Positions 16,868 to 24,066 of a DNA stretch of 64,000 nt are shown here, piece after piece (position 1 is the first letter of the stretch; every line of letters starts with the position of its first letter). Source of the stretch: an uncultured Myxococcales bacterium. GTDB taxonomy: Bacteria > Myxococcota > Kuafuiibacteriia > Kuafuiibacteriales > Kuafuiibacteriaceae. The stretch covers positions 34,063 through 98,062 of the forward strand of contig CAYXDO010000014.1 of the NCBI GenBank assembly GCA_964463485.1, read 5' to 3'. The notes under the pieces are model-generated. The model was not told the DNA's origin. It made no database searches and worked only from the letters and a program-made list of their open reading frames with translations. Made by a program: the position numbers and the translations under genes.

Positions 16868-18987
16868 CCGAGGAGCGCTCCGAGGACGGTCGACGAACGC
16901 TCTACGCTCGGGGCAGAGTCTATCGTCTGACCCTGTCGGGGCGCGTCCAGGAATCATGGCTGGAACGCGCGATCCTGGCGGCCTGCGCGCAAACCAAACT
17001 CACTCTGTCGGACCTGCTGTCCGCCGCGCGTCTCGACCACCGGGCCCCGAAGAGAGTCCCGCTACCCGAGGGTCTGTTCGTCGACGCCGTGGCGAAGCTG
17101 TTGGAGCGAGGACGACTGTCCGTGAAGCCTTCCGACGGAAGCCTCTGCGTAGGCGGTACGCCGTCCCCGGAGCTCGACGCTGCGAACTCTGTCGACGTCG
17201 AGGTCTGGCGAGACGACGCCACGGGTACCATCTGGCCGCTCGACTCGGTTGGGGCTCCGAGGGTCCGCACGGCGGCATCCAGGGACCAAATCCGAAGGAG
17301 CGGACCGGTGCTCGGCGTCGATCTTATGAGGGCCTCGAGCGCCCGAATCATCGAAGAGCTCCGGCTTCGAATGCCCGGCGCAGTACCCGACGTCGCGTCG
17401 GAGGTACTCGGGCGCCAAATGGCCCAGCAGTTTGAGTTTCTCAAGATCGAGGCCGTCGAACGCGAGGACGGCCGCTTGGCCGTGACCTCGCTCGTTCCGT
17501 GGCGCTTGCGCGCCGCCTGGGCCCGAGTTTCCCTGCCCGGAATCGAGCTTGCCCCACGAGATTCGATCCGCGTCGAAGCGACCCCGGAGCCCCCTAGCTG
17601 GAATCGCTCCTTCGATCGGTGGGTCGCGGCGATCGATAGCAACGAGGAAACCGGTCCCGCTCAGAGCGAGCTGCTGAGTCTTTTGGATCGTCGCCTATAT
17701 CCCCGACTCGTGCGGTCCACCGACATATTCGAGAGTGTACCCTCGACGCGCCACCAGACTTACATGGGAGCCGGCCCGAACTCTGCCGGGCACCTCCGTG
17801 CGCTCATGAAGGAGGTCCCCGCTGGGCTAGCCATCAAAGTGGACTCGACGGAGGCCTTTGTCGCTGTCGATTCCCACACCCTTTTTCTCGGGGGCTCCTT
17901 CAATCCCCAGCACAAAGGAAGCCATAGCTTCAAAGTCATGGGCTGGGTCGCCGTCACCGCCTTTCTGCGGGCCGCAATCGGCGAAGAAGTCGCTATCTCT
18001 TCCGAGCCCGACTCACCGACCGTCTCGCGCCTCCGTAACGCGATCGACGGCGCGGCTCGCTCGATGGACCCCGAGCTCGCGCGCCGTGTACCCATCGAGG
18101 TCGACGTCGGCCACCCGGTCATTTGGCTGAGCACCGACGACGCCGAGTTTCTCGCGGCCTCCATCGAGTGGACGATCATTGCCCTCTCTCCCAAGCTCGA
18201 CCGCCCCCCCGCGTGGATTCGAAATGCCTCCGGCGAGCCTACCGTCGGCCTCTACTGCACCACCCCAACCGAGCCGACGAGCCCACCAGACGTGTGGATC
18301 TCGAACACTGGCGGCTGGGTCTTGGTGGGCTACTGGTCGATCGGATATTTCGGCTGCAGGCAATCGGCCGAGCTCGGCTCCACTCTTCGAGACATGATCG
18401 GTGACTGGGAGCTTCAGGCTCTGGAGACGGATGCGCCAACCGTCGCTCCCAGCCCTCCAAACCACAATCCGTCCCCACTGTCGAAACCTGTCCCGCCGAT
18501 CGGAGCTCCGAAGCCGACGCCGACAAACGAACCCAATCCACCGAATGCGCCCTCTCCCCTGCAATCGGACGTGACGAGTTCGAAGGCACCAGTGGCCAAG
18601 GCACCCGGGGCTCCTTCAGTCGCACCTGGACCTGAAAATATTGTCAGATCGATACTCGCTCAGCTCGGCCAGACGCCCGTCGAAGGGGACTGGCAGCTCG
18701 AGTACGATAGACTCTTCAAAGCCATAGGCAAGCTCGACTTCGTCTCGAAGAACGACCGTGGCGCAAAGCTCTTGGTCGCCCTGCTCGCTGCTCGAGTCAA
18801 CGCGCTCCAAGAAGGTTGGCCAAAGCCCTTGCCCAACCTCATCAAAGCCCTGATCGGGTTCACGAAGAAGACTCAAATTGGACTCATCCATGGACTCAGC
18901 AGGCAACACACGAGTCAATCATGGCTCGAGGAAGCCCACAGCGCTGAGCAGGCGCTGGTCGAGCTCTTCGAGCCCAAGGGGCCTTAG
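16864..18987 (+). CDS. Hypothetical 707-aa protein, gene C of the operon. Globular N-terminal ~480 aa, Pro-rich linker (PSPPNHNPSPLSKPVPPIGAPKPTPTNEPNPPNAPSP), C-terminal ~110-aa helical domain.
   Basis: GTG start at 16864 overlapping the gene B stop (GTGA). Good coding GC3. No recognisable catalytic motif; HxKx4D PLD, PD-(D/E)xK and HNH were looked for and not found. Confidence 0.7.
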   Translation: MTEERSEDGRRTLYARGRVYRLTLSGRVQESWLERAILAACAQTKLTLSDLLSAARLDHRAPKRVPLPEGLFVDAVAKLLERGRLSVKPSDGSLCVGGTPSPELDAANSVDVEVWRDDATGTIWPLDSVGAPRVRTAASRDQIRRSGPVLGVDLMRASSARIIEELRLRMPGAVPDVASEVLGRQMAQQFEFLKIEAVEREDGRLAVTSLVPWRLRAAWARVSLPGIELAPRDSIRVEATPEPPSWNRSFDRWVAAIDSNEETGPAQSELLSLLDRRLYPRLVRSTDIFESVPSTRHQTYMGAGPNSAGHLRALMKEVPAGLAIKVDSTEAFVAVDSHTLFLGGSFNPQHKGSHSFKVMGWVAVTAFLRAAIGEEVAISSEPDSPTVSRLRNAIDGAARSMDPELARRVPIEVDVGHPVIWLSTDDAEFLAASIEWTIIALSPKLDRPPAWIRNASGEPTVGLYCTTPTEPTSPPDVWISNTGGWVLVGYWSIGYFGCRQSAELGSTLRDMIGDWELQALETDAPTVAPSPPNHNPSPLSKPVPPIGAPKPTPTNEPNPPNAPSPLQSDVTSSKAPVAKAPGAPSVAPGPENIVRSILAQLGQTPVEGDWQLEYDRLFKAIGKLDFVSKNDRGAKLLVALLAARVNALQEGWPKPLPNLIKALIGFTKKTQIGLIHGLSRQHTSQSWLEEAHSAEQALVELFEPKGP

Positions 18988-20095
18988 AGGTCGTTTCGTC
19001 GTCGCGATTCCATGCTCACGGATGGATACGCTGATCCCCCGCTCTGGGAATCGCAAGAGGTATCAACAATCTCGCGCGGCTAGTCTAGGGCCCGCATCGC
19101 GCAACTGATTTCGCGGCCGGAGCCCAGATCCTGGGCGCCGGATCGTCGTTGGTGTCATGTCGCGTCGGCGGTCGCGACCGCGTGGGTGATTGCTTCGGTG
19201 CGGACGAGGAGACTGTGGGCGGAGCATTGGTATCTCAAGGTCGTCCTCACGAAGTCGGTGGCCGAGGTCGCCGGCACGCCGGCCGAAGACCTGACACGTT
19301 CTTTGGTCGAACTTGAGATAGGAAGCTCCTGGATTTCGACGAGACCCAGGTGACGAGAGTTCGGGTCTCGGAGGGTGCGACATTTCTCAAGTTCGAAAAG
19401 AACGCGGCCGACGAGTGGGGGGCCACGCTCGCCCACACTAGGCAAGCCCAAAGGCTACAAGCTCGACGGAATCATCGACACGGTTCCGACCGTGCGAGCG
19501 ACTCGATACGACACTAACGATCCGGCCGCGGAGCTTCGACCCGCGACGAAATCAGTGGCACATTACGGGCCCAAGGGATTGCTTGGCACGCTGTTGGTAG
19601 GTCGTTCATGGAAAGTGGTGAACGTGCTGACGTTTGCGATGGTCGAGGGGCGAAGAAGGTAGCCGTGGTGGAGACCTCGGCGGTGGACTCGATCCCCGAC
19701 GAACTCGGGGAGCTACTCGACGGCAAGTGGGAAACCGACTTCCGCGCGTCGCCGAGATCGATCTCGGTGCCAGCCCGAGACCCGCCAATGTCAACTTCGC
19801 AGGCGCCGAGCTTCGGGGACTCGGGGTCGGTCGGGTTGACCGATCTCGACGGAATCTCTATTCATTTTCGACGCCGCCGTTCGTAACGGGACGCGGCCAT
19901 CGCTCCGAGATTAATCTCACTGCAATTCAAGTCATCTCTGACTTCGATCTCGGCTGGTGTAATCTCCGTCGCCGCTATTTACGGGGTGTGTTGGGCTGGG
20001 CTTGAATCGGGCGGCTCGATAAAACGTCGGGCAAGGAGGCCGTCTGTGACAAAAATTGGATTGATAAGCACGCTGGTCGTGCGGGAGGTACACCG

Positions 20096-21097
20096 ATGAT
20101 CGCGAACCACATGATGAAGGAGAAAGTCTCCGCCGAGGGGAGCCTTCGCAGGCTCTTCAGAAACCTCGTGGTGGCAGCGCTGCTGATTGGCGTGGCGTGC
20201 GGTGGTATCGAGCAAGACGGTGACGAGGAGGTCGGTGAGTCCAAGGAGGCCCTCGTGGCGGGTCTCTACTGTGGCGACGGCAGCGCCGGTCGACCCACGC
20301 GCGGCACTCTCTACCGATACAACGGCGCCACGTTCTCCGTGGATCGGGTCTGCGGCGGCGCGGGGACGTGCGGCGTCAACGCTGCCGGCGTGAACGACGC
20401 TTGCGTCACGAACTCATCCGTCCTCGAGAACGCCATCGCCAACGCAGCCCGCAGCGTTCACGGCTCAAACGCTCCGGTGGCGGCTCCGGCGTCGTTGGTG
20501 AGCGCCAACCCGGCGGCTACGTGGCTCACCGACGTGTCCGGTTTGGCGGGAGCGCAGGTCCGCGCGGCGATCTTGGACTACAGCCGCTTCATGGGTTCGG
20601 CGACGAACCAGCCGCCGTCGGCCAGTGTGCGGGCGTCGATGGTCGCTCGCCTCACGAGCTTCAACGCCGTCGACCGAGATGCCGTCGTGAATCGAATCGT
20701 AGCGCGCTACGCTCGCACCGTGCCGACCACTGACCAGCAGACTCTCGATTTCTTGGGAGTTCGGACGCAGTGCAAGGAGTTCGCCGACCGCATGGTGCGC
20801 CTCGGCGGCGGGACGTCGGCGACGTACGCGTCGTACTTGACGAGGAAGGTCAGCCGACACAGCGAGTTCCGACGGGGGCTCGTGGCGGTCAAGGGCACCA
20901 ACGCCCACGCCGGAATCATCACCGCCGTGACGCGGGACGCCACCGGAAACATCACGGGGATCGAGTTGACGGAGACAAATTGGGGCACCGGTTGGAATAG
21001 CCCGATCGGGCAGGTGCCTTGGAGCCGAGTGATCGCGAAGCGAACCCTCACGGTCGCCCAGTTCACCGCGGCGTACTCGGCCACGCGAAACCAATAG
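20096..21097 (+). CDS. Putative lipoprotein/secreted protein of unknown function (possible Cys/His papain-like or NlpC/P60-like fold, speculative)
   Basis: N-terminal LLIGVACGG signal/lipobox-like sequence. AT-richer promoter-like region 19900-20095 with aaggagg RBS upstream. Candidate Cys (TQCKEF) and His (NAHAGIITAV) but no confident family assignment. Confidence 0.55.
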   Translation: MIANHMMKEKVSAEGSLRRLFRNLVVAALLIGVACGGIEQDGDEEVGESKEALVAGLYCGDGSAGRPTRGTLYRYNGATFSVDRVCGGAGTCGVNAAGVNDACVTNSSVLENAIANAARSVHGSNAPVAAPASLVSANPAATWLTDVSGLAGAQVRAAILDYSRFMGSATNQPPSASVRASMVARLTSFNAVDRDAVVNRIVARYARTVPTTDQQTLDFLGVRTQCKEFADRMVRLGGGTSATYASYLTRKVSRHSEFRRGLVAVKGTNAHAGIITAVTRDATGNITGIELTETNWGTGWNSPIGQVPWSRVIAKRTLTVAQFTAAYSATRNQ

Positions 21098-21315
21098 GTC
21101 CTACCTTCGGCCCTCCGGGTCCTCTCCTCTCCTCTCCCGACGAGGCGTCCGAGATCGAACCCATCCGCACCGGCCCCCAGTGGCCGCGATAGTGAAGGTC
21201 ATGATGTGGGGTCAACAACCCGAAGGCGCCGAGCATCGTCCGATCCCGAGTCGTCCGCAAACATGCCCGCTCGGTTCGACAGCACCGTCACCACGAGCTC
21301 CCACCCGCCAGGTCG

Positions 21316-21392
21316 ATGTCGGACTCAAATGTCGGACTCAAATGTCGGACTCAAATGTCGGACTCAGATGTCGGACTCGGATGTCGGACTCC
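21316..21392. repeat. 13-bp tandem repeat atgtcggactcaa x ~6 (last units degenerate: ...cag, ...cgg, ...cc)
   Basis: Read directly from the sequence. Lies ~110 bp downstream (3') of the glmS stop / DR-R boundary, in an intergenic stretch. Confidence 0.85.
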
Positions 21393-21502
21393 AGGGATTA
21401 GTGGTGTACAGACGTACTTTGCGGCGTCGCTCGGCGCCGTGCCGTCGCCATCGTGCCCCCGAGTCGAAGACGCCCGCGCTCTGATGCGGCCCGTGCCGCC
21501 AC

Positions 21503-23554
21503 TCAGTCCACGGTGATCGATTTGCTCACGTTCTTCGGGACATCCGGATGTACGCCGTGCCCGCGCAACCCGAGGGCGTCGAGGTGACTCGCCTTCTTCG
21601 TGCTCATCTCGAGCGCGAGCAACTGCAACACGACCGTCGCAGAGAACATGGCCGAGAGAGTGTCTCCGGTCCGCGGGAGCTCGATGAATTGGGACACGTA
21701 CCGCGGGTTGTCGGCCGGTGGCTTGGTGGCGGCCTGGCGTAACGCGGCGTCGTCCTCGGCGATGACGATGGTCTTGGCTCCTCTGATCTTGTGAGTGTTC
21801 ATTTGGGACACCGTCAAGTCCACATCTCGGACGTTCGGGCCAGTCACGTAAATCAGAGGATAGTCTGCATCCAAAGTCTCGAGCAAATCAGCACGGCGAG
21901 ACGGATCGAAGCCAGGGACCGAGGCGTCGAAGAGTCCGTGCAAATTCTCGACCGCACCAGCCTCGACCGCTCGCGTCACGGCCTCGAAGAGTGCGCGGAC
22001 TTGGTCGATGCCGTACACCGTACTCTTCCCAAGAATCGTGTTGGGTCCGTGTTTGAACTCGGAGGCTTCGAAGCCCTCGGTGTGATTGAGCACGACCTCG
22101 CGGATCTTGAGCGCACCTTCCTTGGCGATCGCGGCCATCCGAGTGGCCAGGATGTGAAGGCTCGGCGCCATGAACAGAGCCGCGGCGGCGCGCTCGATGG
22201 CGGGCTTGGTTTCGCGCAGCGTGGTCTCGATGAGCACAGGGAGCCCGGCGAAGCGACGCCTGCGCTCGGATAGTCCCAGGGCGATCGCAGCGCGGGTAGC
22301 CGGATCGACCGAAGGGTCCTCCGCGCGTTTTTCGGCGACGCGGAGCGCGAGGCCGTAGAAGACGGCCATCTGATTCAGGAAGCTCTTGGTGGCCGGCACG
22401 GCGATCTCGGGGCCGCATCGGAGCGGGATCACGAGCTCACTCTGTTCCTGACCTAGCGTAGAGCTCACGTTGTTCACGATCCCGACGCGGGTCACTTTCT
22501 TCCCTGACGCGGCGACCAAGGTCATCACGTCGACGAGATCCTTGGTCTCTCCGCTCTGCGACACTGCGACGACCAGGTCGCCGTCCGCGAGGGTGTCCGC
22601 GTACTGACCGCGAAACTCACCGGGGAGCACGGGAAAGATCGGCGCCCTCGCGAGCTCATCGAAGAACAGCGCGCCGGCCTTGGCCGCGTGAAAGGAGCTC
22701 CCGCAAGAGACGACGTAGACATGACGGCCGCTCTGAATCGCGTGGAGGACGAGGTCCGCGAAGGAGCTCGCGGCTCGTTCGACCTCGAGGAGCTCGTCTT
22801 TGGCGAGCACCGCGTCGAACAAGATCAGCGGGACGCGGTCACCGGCGAGGGGCTCGAGCTCCGAAAAGCTCGGCGCGTCCGTGGACGACAGGGACTCGAG
22901 GAGGGGCGCCGTTCGGAGCGCGGTCTTCGTCGCCTCGGGCAACCCATCGAGAATTCCGCGCACGGAGGGCGCTCCGACGAGCTCCGCGAGCGCCGCGCGA
23001 GCGCCCGCTTCGCCCTGCGCGTCGATGAGTGCGTCGACGCGAGGCCGCAGCTCGTCGAGCGTGCGCTCGTCGAGCGCCGCGGAGAACGTTCTCAGCGCGT
23101 CGGACCCGCCAGAGAACGAGGTCACGACGTCACGGACAGTCTTCACCTGCGCATGGATCTCTTGCTCCATGAAGGTGCGAAAGCCCGGCAACAAGACGGT
23201 GTCGCGCGCTCGCAACCTGCTCTTCTTGGGCGATTTCTCGACGCGACCGCCGGCCGCGACACTCCCCTTGGCTCTGACCGCGTACACTGCCCAAGCCGCG
23301 CCGTCGTGCTCGACGAAATCACCCTCCGAAATCGGAACGACCAAGCGAGTTAGTTTGAGCACCGACGACAGATCGGAAGAAGCCAGCGTGAAGCTCCGAC
23401 CTTGCTCATCCTTCCCGAAACCGAAATACAGCGAGGAGCCCAGCTTGATCGCCCAAGAGGCGCGAGAGACGGGATCGACCACGACCGCCGCGAAAGATCC
23501 CTTGAGCATCGCCGCCGCGTCCACGATCGCCGCACGCATCGCCGCGCGCCGATC
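21503..23554. repeat. Right copy of 2052-bp perfect direct repeat (DR-R), part of intact glmS
   Basis: See DR-L. Offset 16271 bp. Confidence 0.9.
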
Positions 23555-24010
23555 CATGGGGCCCAGGCCTTCGCGCAGGCGCTGGGCGAAGAGGTGCTCG
23601 ATCGTGTGAACGACCATCTCTCCGTCGTTGTCGGAGACGACCGCGTGGCCTTCCTGAATGAGCCATTTTTTCTGATCGTCGGAGTTGGTGACGTTGCCGT
23701 TGTGGGCCCCGTACATGAAGGTCTTGCAGCGCACGACGTGGGGTTGGCTGTTCTGCTCGTCGACCGCGCCGAACGTCGCCCAACGCACCTGACCCGCCAT
23801 GATTTGGCCGGCGAGGTTCACGATGCCGAGCTCATGAACCATGACGGAAGGAGCTCCCACGCCCTTCCTCAGTGTGACTTCCTCACCGTCCTGGATGGCC
23901 GCTCCGGTCGAGTCGTACCCGCGATACTCGAGCATCTGAAGGAGCTCGGCCGCGACACGCCCGAGGTCGTTTCTCTTCTGGTCGAACACGAGTCCGATCA
24001 CGCCGCACAT
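21503..24010 (-). CDS. glmS: Glutamine--fructose-6-phosphate aminotransferase (isomerising), long 835-aa form with a ~200-aa insertion between the GATase and SIS domains
   Basis: N-terminus MCGVIGLV (Cys1 Ntn-amidotransferase), RWATFG and HNGNVTN motifs, FMEQEIHAQ linker. Two SIS domains (VSCGSSFHAA..., VAVSQSGETKD). C-terminus ...KSITVD, like E. coli ...KSVTVE. Confidence 0.85.
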   Translation of the reverse strand: MCGVIGLVFDQKRNDLGRVAAELLQMLEYRGYDSTGAAIQDGEEVTLRKGVGAPSVMVHELGIVNLAGQIMAGQVRWATFGAVDEQNSQPHVVRCKTFMYGAHNGNVTNSDDQKKWLIQEGHAVVSDNDGEMVVHTIEHLFAQRLREGLGPMDRRAAMRAAIVDAAAMLKGSFAAVVVDPVSRASWAIKLGSSLYFGFGKDEQGRSFTLASSDLSSVLKLTRLVVPISEGDFVEHDGAAWAVYAVRAKGSVAAGGRVEKSPKKSRLRARDTVLLPGFRTFMEQEIHAQVKTVRDVVTSFSGGSDALRTFSAALDERTLDELRPRVDALIDAQGEAGARAALAELVGAPSVRGILDGLPEATKTALRTAPLLESLSSTDAPSFSELEPLAGDRVPLILFDAVLAKDELLEVERAASSFADLVLHAIQSGRHVYVVSCGSSFHAAKAGALFFDELARAPIFPVLPGEFRGQYADTLADGDLVVAVSQSGETKDLVDVMTLVAASGKKVTRVGIVNNVSSTLGQEQSELVIPLRCGPEIAVPATKSFLNQMAVFYGLALRVAEKRAEDPSVDPATRAAIALGLSERRRRFAGLPVLIETTLRETKPAIERAAAALFMAPSLHILATRMAAIAKEGALKIREVVLNHTEGFEASEFKHGPNTILGKSTVYGIDQVRALFEAVTRAVEAGAVENLHGLFDASVPGFDPSRRADLLETLDADYPLIYVTGPNVRDVDLTVSQMNTHKIRGAKTIVIAEDDAALRQAATKPPADNPRYVSQFIELPRTGDTLSAMFSATVVLQLLALEMSTKKASHLDALGLRGHGVHPDVPKNVSKSITVD

Positions 24011-24066
24011 GGGCGCGTCCTACTCGAAGCGGCGGCGAGCAGAAATCGTTCTCTAGGCGCCGAGTC

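Noticed and set aside
16864-18987. PLD (HKD) nuclease in gene C or gene A, which would make a Mokosh-like MkoB
   Set aside because: No HxK(x)4D(x)6GSxN could be found. The nearest candidates (HQKRGD...GAHSN in A, GGSFNPQHK in C) have wrong spacing or order.
19000-20095. Search for tRNA/ncRNA in the gene-poor, lower-GC stretch of the insert
   Set aside because: No cloverleaf-compatible stems or conserved tRNA boxes seen by eye. This cannot be excluded without tRNAscan/Infernal.
21316-21392. 13-bp tandem array considered as a possible CRISPR array
   Set aside because: Units are contiguous with no spacers, and 13 bp is far below CRISPR repeat length. There are no cas genes in the window.
7284-21502. 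Tn7-like element at attTn7 (downstream of glmS), or an integrase-mediated genomic island
   Set aside because: No TnsABCDE, tyrosine/serine recombinase or transposase ORFs were recognisable. The duplication is 2 kb of coding sequence rather than a short att or TSD. Segmental duplication or illegitimate recombination (or mis-assembly) is more parsimonious.
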